DNA of 64,000 nucleotides from a bacterium. Lineage in GTDB: Bacteria; SM23-31. Below, one piece after another: positions 51,487 through 61,785 of the stretch (positions within the stretch are counted from its first letter, which is position 1; every line of letters starts with the position of its first letter). Under the pieces are notes generated by a model. It was not told the origin of the DNA and searched no databases. It was given only the letters and a program-made list of their open reading frames with translations. The position numbers and the translations under genes are program-made. The stretch spans positions 3,296,001 through 3,360,000 of the forward strand of contig OZ252239.1 of the NCBI GenBank assembly GCA_965249485.1, read 5' to 3'.

Positions 51487-52230
51487 TCAGCGTAATTCAG
51501 AAATTAACCTCTTGGCAGAACTGCCGAGCAGCGAAGCGCCCACCGCAATCATTGTAAAATTCTTTTCTATATATGGCTTTACTGCGTCTGCTGATATTCC
51601 AAATATCCCAAGCGGAAGACCCGCTTTAATACCGGTTTCTCTGACTTCATCTATCGCCTGAGTTACTTCGGGGTGAGTTACGTCACCTATTCGTCCCATG
51701 CTGCTGGAAAGATCATACGGTCCGACGAAGAGACCGTCGATTCCCTCAACGTCAACAATCGAATCGATATTTCGGACGGCGGTAATATGTTCGATTTGAA
51801 TAATGACTGCTATATCCTTATTCGCGGTGTCCAGATATTCCTGAAACCTGTACCCATATCCCTGTCCGCGGGATATGCCGACACCTCGCTCTCCGACAGG
51901 TGGATATTTGGTTAATTTGACAATGTTCCGTGCCTCTTCGGCTGAATTTACATGGGGAACAATGATTCCGTCAGCGCCGATATCGAGCATTTTTTTTATC
52001 CGCGCCTCGTCATGCGATGGAAGTCTAACAACACAGTGACATTTATCCTGAGAGGCCTGAAGCATTCTTATAATATCCGACTCATTTATCGGTGAATGCT
52101 CCAAATCGAGAAATAGCCAATCAAAGCCTGATAGTGCCAAAATTTCTGTAACATCAGGAGACGGTAACGATACCAGCGTTCCGATACATGCATCACCCTT
52201 CTTAATCCGTGAAGTAAACGATTCGTTCAT
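51487..52230 (-). CDS. HpcH/HpaI family class II aldolase (GarL/RhmA-like)
   Basis: FDWLFLDLEHS, YPPVGERG, QIEH and FVGPYDLS motifs. Confidence 0.9.
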   Translation of the reverse strand: MNESFTSRIKKGDACIGTLVSLPSPDVTEILALSGFDWLFLDLEHSPINESDIIRMLQASQDKCHCVVRLPSHDEARIKKMLDIGADGIIVPHVNSAEEARNIVKLTKYPPVGERGVGISRGQGYGYRFQEYLDTANKDIAVIIQIEHITAVRNIDSIVDVEGIDGLFVGPYDLSSSMGRIGDVTHPEVTQAIDEVRETGIKAGLPLGIFGISADAVKPYIEKNFTMIAVGASLLGSSAKRLISELR

Positions 52231-52346
52231 ATCCGTTCATCCATCCTTATTATTTGCATAATGTATCGTTGATTTTTTATAAACAACCTTCGATTACACA
52301 ATAGTTGTTCACCTTCATTTAAACTCTTTGTCACATTGAATAATAA

Positions 52347-54575
52347 CTATTCAACAACTTCAAAAGTACCGTGGAGTCCTTCATCTGAATTCCAGCCGAC
52401 CCATACGTCGAATATTCCGTGTTCGACAACAAAATTCATGTCCCGGTCGTACATGCCGAGCTCTTCGGATCCTAGGGTGAGTGAAACTGATTTCTGTTGT
52501 CCCGGTTCGAGGTAAATTTTATCAAACCCCTTAAGCTCTTTTACCGGACGGGCAAGACTTGCAACCCTGTCACGGATATAGAGTTGAACAATTTCCTCTC
52601 CTGCCACTTTTCCGGTATTTTCGATGTCCGCCTTTACTGTTACTGTTCCGAACGGACCAATGGTATCTTTGTCGATCGACAGTCCGCTATATCGAAATGT
52701 CGTGTAACTCAATCCAAAACCGAACGAATAGAGAGGAGTGGCTGCAATATCAATATATCCCGCGACGTTTCCGGCATTCGGTAAGGATGACCGTCTATCC
52801 CCCTCTCTCGGCGGCCTGCCTGTCATGCCATGATTATAGTAAATCGGTACCTGCCCGACGTTCCGCGGGAATGTCACCGACAGTTTTCCGGAAGGATTGT
52901 AATCGCCGAACACAACATCGGCAATGCCGTTCCCCGCCTGTAACCCCAGATGCCATGTCTCAAGGATCGCCGGGATGTTCTCAGCCATCCAGGGAATGGT
53001 GAGCGGTCTGCCGTTCATGAGCAGAACAATGACCGGTGTACCAGTCTCATAGACGGCCTGAAGAAGCTTTTTTTGCACTCCGGGAATATCAAGAGATGTC
53101 CTTGAAGCAGCTTCTCCGCTCATTTCAGCGGCTTCACCGACAACAACAAGAGCAACATCGGCATCCCCGGCAATTTCAACAGCTTCAGCAATGTTGCTTT
53201 CATCATCTCCAAGAATTTCACTTCCTTGAGCATATCTTATCCGGGCATTCGGCGCCTTTTTCTGTATTCCCTCCAGCACTGTCACTACATTTTCTCGTCT
53301 GCCGAGAGCCCATGTACCAAGCGGTTCTCTCTTGTTATCAGCCAGCGGCCCGATAACGGCGATCGATCCGATATTTTTCTTGAGCGGCAGGAGATTGCCT
53401 TCATTTTTCAGCAGCACGATCGATTTACGCGCCGCATCACGGGCTGCAGCTATATGCTCCGGCTGTAAGAGAACTTTTTTTCCAAGATCCGGATCGGTAT
53501 AAGGATCATCAAATAATCCGATCATAAATTTGACAGTGAGAATTCTCCTGCACGCCTGGTCAACTGCTGATTCGGGTATGACACCGTCCCGCACAAGCTC
53601 CGGCAGAAACTTTCCAAACAGACCACTGGTCATTTCGGCATCCACACCGGACATAAGTGAGATCTTCGCCGCATCCGCGCTGTCGGCTGCGATACCGTGA
53701 ACAAGGAGTTCCGGTATTGTTTCCCAGTCGGTTACGATAAAGCCTTTGAATCCCCATTCCTTGCGAAGGATATCATTCAATAAATATGAGTTTGCCGCCG
53801 GTGGGAGTCCGTTAAGACTGTTAAAACCGCTCATCAGGGTTAACGCACCCGCTTCTACGCCCGCTTTGAACGGGGGCATATATATCTCACGAAGCGTCCG
53901 TTCGGACATGTCGAGTGAGTTGTATTCTTTTCCGGCGATTGCGGCTCCCCCGCCAACATAATGCTTCAGGCATACGGCAACAGAATGCGGCGAGGTGAGA
54001 TCTGTTCCCTGAAATCCCTTGACTTTCGCCACAGTCAAAACCGCGCCCAGATATGGGTCCTCCCCTGTTCCTTCGGCAATTCGTCCCCACCGCGCATCAC
54101 GCGAAACATCGGCCATCGGTGAGTATGTCCACCGTATGCCTTCGGAGCGTGATTCTTTTGCGGCAATTTCCGCGTTACGGCGGACAAGCTCCGGGTCCCA
54201 TGTGCAGGCTTCACCTAACGGGATGGGAAACGTTGTGCGGTAACCGTGTATAATATCTTCGCTGAAGAGAATTGGGATACTGAGGCGGGATTCCTCGACG
54301 GCAATTCGCTGGATCGTATTTGCCTCATTCACACCAAACAACCGTAAAAACAATCCGACCTCTCCCCTCCTGACCTTTTCAGCGACATCATCGGTGAAAT
54401 CGGAAAAACCGATCGACATCTGCTCAAGCTGACCCACTTTTTCCTCAAGGGTCATGCGTGCCAATAGGTTTTCCACTTTCTCTGCAACACTACTCTGCTG
54501 GGCAAACACAGTATTGATTGCACAGAGACAGTAAACCATGAAAATACAAATTACAATTACACCTCGGTGTTTCAT
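52347..54575 (-). CDS. bglX: GH3 beta-glucosidase (BglX-like), exported
   Basis: MTLEEKVGQL, RWGRIAEG, LKHY, WGFKGFIVTDW, SIVLLKN, GEAASR and FGFGLSYTTF motifs. Confidence 0.9.
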   Translation of the reverse strand: MKHRGVIVICIFMVYCLCAINTVFAQQSSVAEKVENLLARMTLEEKVGQLEQMSIGFSDFTDDVAEKVRRGEVGLFLRLFGVNEANTIQRIAVEESRLSIPILFSEDIIHGYRTTFPIPLGEACTWDPELVRRNAEIAAKESRSEGIRWTYSPMADVSRDARWGRIAEGTGEDPYLGAVLTVAKVKGFQGTDLTSPHSVAVCLKHYVGGGAAIAGKEYNSLDMSERTLREIYMPPFKAGVEAGALTLMSGFNSLNGLPPAANSYLLNDILRKEWGFKGFIVTDWETIPELLVHGIAADSADAAKISLMSGVDAEMTSGLFGKFLPELVRDGVIPESAVDQACRRILTVKFMIGLFDDPYTDPDLGKKVLLQPEHIAAARDAARKSIVLLKNEGNLLPLKKNIGSIAVIGPLADNKREPLGTWALGRRENVVTVLEGIQKKAPNARIRYAQGSEILGDDESNIAEAVEIAGDADVALVVVGEAAEMSGEAASRTSLDIPGVQKKLLQAVYETGTPVIVLLMNGRPLTIPWMAENIPAILETWHLGLQAGNGIADVVFGDYNPSGKLSVTFPRNVGQVPIYYNHGMTGRPPREGDRRSSLPNAGNVAGYIDIAATPLYSFGFGLSYTTFRYSGLSIDKDTIGPFGTVTVKADIENTGKVAGEEIVQLYIRDRVASLARPVKELKGFDKIYLEPGQQKSVSLTLGSEELGMYDRDMNFVVEHGIFDVWVGWNSDEGLHGTFEVVE

Positions 54576-54608
54576 ACATCCCCTCATTATTTTCTATCGC
54601 CTTATCCA

Positions 54609-55106
54609 TTAAGGTTTGACAGCGATCATCTGTAGCTCGACCTGTGCGCCGACGTTTAATGCTGCAACTTGTACGGTAGCTCTCGCCGGAGGATCACCTG
54701 GAAAAAACTCCCGATATACCGCATTGAATTTCGGAAAGTCGTTTATCTTTGCTATGAAGGCTGTCACTGACACGACATTTTTGAAATCCATGTCAGCCAT
54801 TTTCAAAACCTCACTAATGTTCGCCATTATCTGCCGTGTTTCGGGCTCGATACCTCCATCAACCAGCTCAGTAGTGATTGGATCTCGTCCAAGGTGACCG
54901 GAAATATAAAGTGTGTTACCGACGAGGATGCCCGGACTGTAGGGGAATCCAAAATATGGATACGTCTCAGGACTAATAACCGTGCGTACATCTTCCGACT
55001 GCGGCATAGGCTCCATGGTACCGGACATATTCGTTGCATAAATTCCAATAATAAGACCTGCTAAACCAGCCAATACAGCAACGACAATACGATTACCCCA
55101 TATCAT
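54609..55106 (-). CDS. RidA/YjgF family protein with N-terminal hydrophobic helix
   Basis: PYSPG, LYISG, FNAVY, PPARATV and ELQMIA motifs. Confidence 0.88.
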   Translation of the reverse strand: MIWGNRIVVAVLAGLAGLIIGIYATNMSGTMEPMPQSEDVRTVISPETYPYFGFPYSPGILVGNTLYISGHLGRDPITTELVDGGIEPETRQIMANISEVLKMADMDFKNVVSVTAFIAKINDFPKFNAVYREFFPGDPPARATVQVAALNVGAQVELQMIAVKP

Positions 55107-55447
55107 AATGCTCCTCCTTCTCTTACGTTACGCGAATAAAATTTATGTGGAATGACGATTAGATATGATAGTTATAAATTAATAATCTGAGGAAAGAATC
55201 AAGAACAAACCTATTATATTATAATCTGAAAGTCAAATGATATTATAGGTAAGTAATAGTGTAGTACAAAAATATTTAATTTTCATTAAAAAAATTGTTT
55301 GTTTTATTAAAAGTATTCTGTAATATTTATCCACTACCATCCTTAAAACGTCAATATTTCAATCCTGATTATACGTAGTAGTATAACACATGCCCCATTA
55401 AATGAATCAATACACAAAAACGCAATAAATTACCAGGAGACCTATTC

Positions 55448-56329
55448 ATGACCACTCTAAGAATAACGTTCGTTATGAAACAGATTAAGGTATTTATGTA
55501 CTGCATCATGGTTGGAGCCTGTGTTTTTTCAACCACAGTCGAAACAACAATCGCTCAAAATTCTATGACGAAATATGTCAGGTACAATTACATGGGGGCT
55601 GATTCTTACGGCGTGTTAAGGGGCGACGTAATTCACGCGCTTGATGGCGATTTTATACATTCATCGAGGGAAACAGGGGTAATCATACCATTGTCAAATG
55701 TTCGACTTCTCTCGCCCGTAGTACCTTCGAAAATTATTGCTGTCGGTTTGAATTACAAGAGCCATCTGGGAGAAAGACCAGCATCGGAATATCCCGGACT
55801 GTTTGCAAAATATCCTTCGTCTATCATTGCCCAAAATGAAGCTATTGAAATACCATCCGATGCAAAAAATTTACATTACGAAGGTGAACTTGTGATCGTA
55901 ATCGGGAAAGAAGCAAAAAATATTTCAGCTGCCGATGCTCGTGATTACATATTCGGCGTAACAGTCGGAAATGACGTAAGTGAGCGGGACTGGCAGCTGA
56001 GCGATCTGCAATGGTTGCGGGCTAAAGCCTCCGATACGTTTTCTCCCGTCGGTCCGGTTATTGTGCAAGGTCTTAATTATAACGATCTTTTACTCGAGAC
56101 AAGACTCAATGGAAAAACCGTGCAATCGGAAAGGACACAAGATCTGCTTTTTAATGTTGATACGATTATGAGTTATGTAACCACGTATTTTACGCTGATG
56201 CCCGGGGATATTATTTTTACGGGAACACCCGGAAGTACGCTGCCGATGAAACCGGGTGATGTTGTTGAAGTAGAAATCGAAGGTGTAGGGATACTTCGAA
56301 ACCATGTACGTGCAGCGTCAAAAAATTAA
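55448..56329 (+). CDS. Fumarylacetoacetate hydrolase family protein with signal-peptide-like N-terminus
   Basis: KIIAVGLNY, HYEGEL, NDVSERD, AKASDTF and PGDIIFTGTPG motifs. Confidence 0.9.
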   Translation: MTTLRITFVMKQIKVFMYCIMVGACVFSTTVETTIAQNSMTKYVRYNYMGADSYGVLRGDVIHALDGDFIHSSRETGVIIPLSNVRLLSPVVPSKIIAVGLNYKSHLGERPASEYPGLFAKYPSSIIAQNEAIEIPSDAKNLHYEGELVIVIGKEAKNISAADARDYIFGVTVGNDVSERDWQLSDLQWLRAKASDTFSPVGPVIVQGLNYNDLLLETRLNGKTVQSERTQDLLFNVDTIMSYVTTYFTLMPGDIIFTGTPGSTLPMKPGDVVEVEIEGVGILRNHVRAASKN

Positions 56330-56455
56330 GAATACTCAGAGTAATTTCATTGAACGTTTTTGAAAATCAATCTGAATAAATAATACCCTCTAAATCAATA
56401 ACAAATAAAGCTTTTAGTTTTTCCAACTCTATTTTTCTCGCGTCCTTTTCACAAT

Positions 56456-56773
56456 TTAGTTTGACCATACACCATAATCTTCTTTTCTTAATTTCTTTGT
56501 AAGCATTCGTTCTGCAGTTTCCGACATTTCGCGCTTCTTGAAAGGATTGTAAATCTCAAACAATTCCGGAAGTAATTGAATTCCAAACTCCCGTACCCAC
56601 CAGGAAGATTTATGACCTTTGTAGTGCTGCTTTTCTCTCACTTTAGGGGGGCGGACAGATTGACCAACATAAACACACGGTTTTGTTGAATCCATAGAGG
56701 GATTTGCTTTACGAAATTTTCTTATGGTTCTCACTCTGTCCTCAAGCTCAATTACATATACATAGAACGGCAT
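56456..56773 (-). CDS. Small GIY-YIG-like protein
   Basis: YVYVIEL...VYVGQS...R..QH..G and a downstream E, matching the GIY-YIG pattern. Confidence 0.65.
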   Translation of the reverse strand: MPFYVYVIELEDRVRTIRKFRKANPSMDSTKPCVYVGQSVRPPKVREKQHYKGHKSSWWVREFGIQLLPELFEIYNPFKKREMSETAERMLTKKLRKEDYGVWSN

Positions 56774-57108
56774 AGTGGTGTGTAGGTTGTTTTAGAAAAA
56801 GAATAATTTCAAGGTTAAATCTGTCCAGCTTGTTCTAAAGACATACTCAATAGAGTGCACCATAATTGAAGTAAATAAAATCAGATAAAGCAAATAGTAT
56901 TAACTATAAATAAAAAATCCGTATTAAATTTTTCCATTTCATACATGAAAAGATTAAAATTCTTGTTTATTTCCAATATGTCTCTTATACTTAAAGTAAT
57001 CCTGCCTAAAAAAAATTACATTGCTTCAGATATACGTGTTGGTTAGAATCATTGCATTAGAACATGTATAACCAAATAAAATTGAATCACCAATAATAAG
57101 GATTCATA

Positions 57109-58794
57109 ATGTCATCTACAATTCGACGTCGGGAATTTATGGAATTAATGGGTGCGGGAATAATAGCAATGTCGCTGCCCCAATGCGTTTCCCAAAAAAC
57201 CGGGCAAACAAGACCCAATATTCTCTGGTTAAGCATTGAAGACATAAGTCCCGACCTTCGATGTTATGGAAATAATGAAGTTTTCACTCCGAATATAGAC
57301 AGGTTTGCACAGGAAGGCGTCAGATTCACCAATGCTTTCACCTGCTCACCCGTTTGTTCACCGAACAGGTCTTCCATCATAACCGGGATGTACCCCACGT
57401 CAATAGGTTCGATGCACATGCCAACAAGGCATGTCTATCCTAAATCATTTCAGCACATTGACTATGAAACTGTCCCGCCGCCGTACGTTAAATGTTTTAC
57501 TGAATACCTGCGCGCTGAAGGATATTACTGTACAAACCGGGATAAGACCGATCATCAGTTTCAAGCGCCCTTGACGGCATGGGATGCGAATACGGATGAA
57601 GACCGGACGTGGTATATGAACGATTCCATTCCTCTTGATTGGAACGGCAGAGCTCAGGGACAACCGTTTTTCACCGTAATAAACCTGCATGGTACGCACG
57701 AAGGTGAAATCCGGCGGGTCCGTGACAAAGAACCGGACAAAGACCCGAACAGCGTGACGCTCCCCCCTTACTATCCCGATACACCTCTTGTACGCAGAGA
57801 TTGGGTCAGATACCTGGACGGTATTGAAAAAGTGGACATACAGGTCGACGATGTTCTCAAGCGTCTGGAACGTGACGGGCTTGCTGAAAGCACCGTTGTA
57901 TTTCTCTGGAGCGACCATGGGCGGGGTTTGCCCCGTGGAAAACGGTGGATATACGACTCAGGAATTCACATTCCTCTCATGGTGCGGTGGCCGGGAGTCA
58001 TAAAACCTGGAACGGTTAGTACAGACCTTGTCAGTTCGGTAGATTTTGGCCCGACCGTTCTCTCCGTTGCGGATGTCGAGGTCCCTTCCTACATGCAGGG
58101 GCAGGCGTTCCTCGGAGAACAAAAAGCAGGACCTCGTGATTACATTTATGCGCACCGTGACCGAATGGACGAAGCGTATGACATGATTCGCTGTGTGCGA
58201 GATAAGCAGTATAAATACATCCGGAATTTTCAGCCCGAGAAACCGTATGCACAGCACATAGAATACATGGATAAAACACCAACCATGCAGGAATGGAGAA
58301 GGCTTGCCGCGGAAGGCAAGCTTGAAGGTGCGCAAAAATTGTTTTTTCAGGAAACCAAGCCCTTAGAAGAATTGTACGACATAGTAAAAGATCCTCATGA
58401 AATAAACAACCTTGCTGAAAACGCTGAATATAGTGTTATTATTGAGCGAATGCGCAGTTCACTTGATACATGGATGAGCGACGTTAACGACCTCGGGCAT
58501 ATCCCCGAACTGGAACTTATAGAACGAATGGAACCCGGAGGAATACAGCCGAAGACTGCAGAACCTGTAATATCCCCGAAGGGCGGTACGCATGCCGGTT
58601 CTGTTTCCGTACAACTCTCCTGTCCGACAGAAGGTGCTTCGATCGCCTATACAACAGAAGAAGGAGATGACCCCCACTGGCTTCTCTACTCTCGTGAAAT
58701 AAAATTAACCGGGACCGCCAAAATCCGCGCTCGCGCTATACGGATCGGATATGAAGAGAGTCCGGAAATTCAAGCTGAGTTCAGAATAACGTAA
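57109..58794 (+). CDS. Tat-exported Cys-type sulfatase with C-terminal FN3-associated / chitobiase-like domain
   Basis: IRRREFM Tat signal, PNILW, CSPNR formylglycine motif, SDHG, and C-terminal PVISPKGG...IAYTT. Confidence 0.92.
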   Translation: MSSTIRRREFMELMGAGIIAMSLPQCVSQKTGQTRPNILWLSIEDISPDLRCYGNNEVFTPNIDRFAQEGVRFTNAFTCSPVCSPNRSSIITGMYPTSIGSMHMPTRHVYPKSFQHIDYETVPPPYVKCFTEYLRAEGYYCTNRDKTDHQFQAPLTAWDANTDEDRTWYMNDSIPLDWNGRAQGQPFFTVINLHGTHEGEIRRVRDKEPDKDPNSVTLPPYYPDTPLVRRDWVRYLDGIEKVDIQVDDVLKRLERDGLAESTVVFLWSDHGRGLPRGKRWIYDSGIHIPLMVRWPGVIKPGTVSTDLVSSVDFGPTVLSVADVEVPSYMQGQAFLGEQKAGPRDYIYAHRDRMDEAYDMIRCVRDKQYKYIRNFQPEKPYAQHIEYMDKTPTMQEWRRLAAEGKLEGAQKLFFQETKPLEELYDIVKDPHEINNLAENAEYSVIIERMRSSLDTWMSDVNDLGHIPELELIERMEPGGIQPKTAEPVISPKGGTHAGSVSVQLSCPTEGASIAYTTEEGDDPHWLLYSREIKLTGTAKIRARAIRIGYEESPEIQAEFRIT

Positions 58795-58823
58795 ATAATA
58801 TTTAAACCGGGAAGTATATTACA

Positions 58824-60272
58824 ATGAATACAAAGAGTTCACTACTCGTTTTGTCAGGGCTGCTCTTTCTGCTGACGTTCATCAACTCGTATGCTCAGGA
58901 TTTCGGTATTGAATCTGTTGAGGACAGTAAAAATATTTTTTCACTCCTGGAACGGGTAAAGATTATGAACCGCCTTTTGCTATTGAAGCAGGAAACCGTC
59001 CTTCCGGAAGTCATGAGGCGCAGTGGAATAGACATGTGGATAGTCCGTAATAATGAAACAGCTTTTTATCTTGCACTATTACAATCAGAAGAAGACGGTC
59101 TTGTCAAACGAATGCCCCCCTTCCTGATTTTTTTTGACAGAGGGGAAGAAGCCGGAATTGAATGGTTGTCAGGCAGATTTGACGATCTTACGGGAATAAT
59201 TAAAGAACGGGATCCAAAAAAGATCGGAATAAATGAGGAACACAAATGGGAACCGTATAACTACGGATTTTCCGAAACTCATAAAGCTGAACTGGAAAGC
59301 CGGATCGGTACTACGTACGCTTCGCGGTTAGTCTCTGCGAAAATGTTGAGCATCTGGTGGCATGAAGCAAGAACTCCCGAAGAGCTGAGCGTTTTCAGAC
59401 ACGTTGTCGGTGTCGCCCACGATGTTATAGCTGAAGCTTTTTCAAATAAAGTAGTTATCCCCGATGTTACGACCACGGTTGATCTGAACTGGTGGATGAG
59501 ACAAAAATATCTCGATCTTGGGATAGACATACGGTCGCATACCACAATAACGCTCCAGAGAAGCTCTATAGAGCGGGAAAAATATGATGACGACGATTAT
59601 TATTTTAGCTTTCTGGATGAACGGTATAAGACTGATCCCGCTCCAATAGAGGGATTGAATACGGTTATAAGACGCGGCGATCTGATTTTCTGCGATACAG
59701 GGATTATGTATCTCGGCCTCAATACGGATATCCAGCAGATGGCATATGTCTTAAAAGATGGTGAAACGGATGCTCCGGAAGGTCTCAAAGTGGCGCTGCG
59801 GCACGTCAACAGATTGCAGGACCTTGTCAGTGCAGAAATGAAACAGGGACGTACCGGAAGCGATATAGGATGGACTGCCGTGGAAAACGCGAAAAAAGAA
59901 GGAATCCGGCCAAAAGTTTACTGTCACCCCCTCAGCTATTATTTCCGTCGTTATGGTCCTATAGGAGGATTTTTGTCGGGAGAGCCATTTTATGCCGGCA
60001 CGTATATACACTCGGAAAGGAGAAGCGAGGGGAACAGGCGGAGGGAACGCCCCCGGTTTGATCTACGGGTACCGACGACATTTGAAGTAGCCAGCCCTGA
60101 AAACCCGCTACAATATAATACCGTCTATGCCTTTGAAATGGATATACAGTACGAAGTGCCGGAATGGGACAATCAAAATGTCATTATATTTTCCGAAACG
60201 ACCATGGCGTTTACACCGCAAGGGATGATGTATCCGGATGGCAGACAGACCGAATATTATTTGATAAAATAA
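58824..60272 (+). CDS. Exported M24-family (Xaa-Pro aminopeptidase-like) peptidase
   Basis: Signal peptide; CDTGIMYLGLNTDIQQMAY, YCHP and FEMD pita-bread metal-ligand pattern. Confidence 0.7.
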   Translation: MNTKSSLLVLSGLLFLLTFINSYAQDFGIESVEDSKNIFSLLERVKIMNRLLLLKQETVLPEVMRRSGIDMWIVRNNETAFYLALLQSEEDGLVKRMPPFLIFFDRGEEAGIEWLSGRFDDLTGIIKERDPKKIGINEEHKWEPYNYGFSETHKAELESRIGTTYASRLVSAKMLSIWWHEARTPEELSVFRHVVGVAHDVIAEAFSNKVVIPDVTTTVDLNWWMRQKYLDLGIDIRSHTTITLQRSSIEREKYDDDDYYFSFLDERYKTDPAPIEGLNTVIRRGDLIFCDTGIMYLGLNTDIQQMAYVLKDGETDAPEGLKVALRHVNRLQDLVSAEMKQGRTGSDIGWTAVENAKKEGIRPKVYCHPLSYYFRRYGPIGGFLSGEPFYAGTYIHSERRSEGNRRRERPRFDLRVPTTFEVASPENPLQYNTVYAFEMDIQYEVPEWDNQNVIIFSETTMAFTPQGMMYPDGRQTEYYLIK

Positions 60273-60289
60273 CGTAATAGGATAGAATT

Positions 60290-61726
60290 ATGAAAAAAAA
60301 GAAAGCAAAAACGCAATTACTTCGACGGGAATTTCTTAAGAAAGTCGCCGTTGGTACCGGTGGATTGCTTGCTGCACCGTACCTTCCCTACTGCGGAAAA
60401 TCTGTTGAGAGTAATCCGAATATCATAATTATATTTACCGATGACCAGGGTTACGAGGACCTCGGATCGTACGGATCGCCGCTGATCAAGACTCCGAATA
60501 TCGATACTATGGCAGGAGAAGGAGTGCGGTTCACAGATTTTTACTCTGCCAACTCAGTGTGTTCTCCCTCCCGTGCGTCTCTTCTCACCGGCTGTTATCC
60601 GACTCGAGTCGGCATTCCCGATGTTCTCTTCCCCTACGACACTGAGGGTCTTAACACTGATGAAATAACGATTGCCGAATTGCTCAAAGATCGCGGATAC
60701 GCGACTGCCTGCATTGGTAAGTGGCACCTGGGACATAAACAAAAATTCCTTCCTACACGACATGGATTTGATACCTATTATGGTATTCCCTACAGTAACG
60801 ATATGGAAATTGATCCTACTATGGAGCTTGCAGATGACATTACATTAAACGAAGGTATGACAATCGAACGTTTACGAACTGAAGAACCACGAGGCAACTG
60901 GGTGCCCCTGATGCAGGACGAACAAATCATTGAATACCCCTGCGAACAATCTACCCTGACGAAACGCTATACGGATAAAGCATTAGAATTTATTACGGCA
61001 CACCAAAAAGAGCCGTTCTTTCTCTATATCCCGCACACAATGCCCCATATTCCGTTGTTTGCTTCTAAGGCGTTCGAAGGCAAAAGCGAGCGTGGACTCT
61101 ATGGCGATGTTATTGAAGAAATCGATTGGAGTGTTGGCGAGATACTGAAAAAGTTGAAAGAATTGAACCTCAATGAAAATACGCTGGTAATTTTTACTAC
61201 TGACAATGGCCCGTGGTTAAGTGAGAAAGAAAATGGTGGGAGCGCTCTGCCGCTTCACGGTGGTAAATTCGAGACGTATGAAGGTGGAATGCGTGTACCG
61301 TGCGTAATGCGCTGGCCGGGAAAAATTCCAGCCGGAACCGAATGTTCCGAAGTTGCGGGCACTATCGATTTTCTACCAACTGTTGCAACGCTTGCGGGAT
61401 CGGCTGTTCCCGGCGACAGAGTCATTGACGGCAGGGATATATGGCCGATAATGAGTTCTGCTCCCGGAGCCCATTCTCCTCACGAGGCCTATTTCTATTA
61501 TAGTATAAACACGCTTGAAGCAGTCCGAACTGATAAGTGGAAACTCCGGCGCGTGGAAGGAGTTACGGAACTGTATGACCTCGACAATGATATGTCTGAG
61601 ACAAGGAACCTAGCGGAAGAAAATCCCGAAATTGTAGAGCAGCTCAGCACGATTATGGAACAATTTGACCGTGATTTGAAAGCAAATGCCAGGCCGCCTG
61701 GTCAATGGTCAGCGGAAATGGGTTAG
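60290..61726 (+). CDS. Tat-exported arylsulfatase
   Basis: LRREFLK Tat signal, DDQGY, CSPSRASLLTG, GKWHLG and TDNG motifs. Confidence 0.95.
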   Translation: MKKKKAKTQLLRREFLKKVAVGTGGLLAAPYLPYCGKSVESNPNIIIIFTDDQGYEDLGSYGSPLIKTPNIDTMAGEGVRFTDFYSANSVCSPSRASLLTGCYPTRVGIPDVLFPYDTEGLNTDEITIAELLKDRGYATACIGKWHLGHKQKFLPTRHGFDTYYGIPYSNDMEIDPTMELADDITLNEGMTIERLRTEEPRGNWVPLMQDEQIIEYPCEQSTLTKRYTDKALEFITAHQKEPFFLYIPHTMPHIPLFASKAFEGKSERGLYGDVIEEIDWSVGEILKKLKELNLNENTLVIFTTDNGPWLSEKENGGSALPLHGGKFETYEGGMRVPCVMRWPGKIPAGTECSEVAGTIDFLPTVATLAGSAVPGDRVIDGRDIWPIMSSAPGAHSPHEAYFYYSINTLEAVRTDKWKLRRVEGVTELYDLDNDMSETRNLAEENPEIVEQLSTIMEQFDRDLKANARPPGQWSAEMG

Positions 61727-61785
61727 ATACTTCAAATTGGTTGACTAAAGTATAAAAAAATTGTATTCTTAATCCAACGAGCATC

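Noticed and set aside
56456..56773. GIY-YIG-like gene as a mobile homing endonuclease
   Set aside because: It is stand-alone, only 105 aa, has no DNA-binding extension, and has no surrounding intron or flanking repeats.
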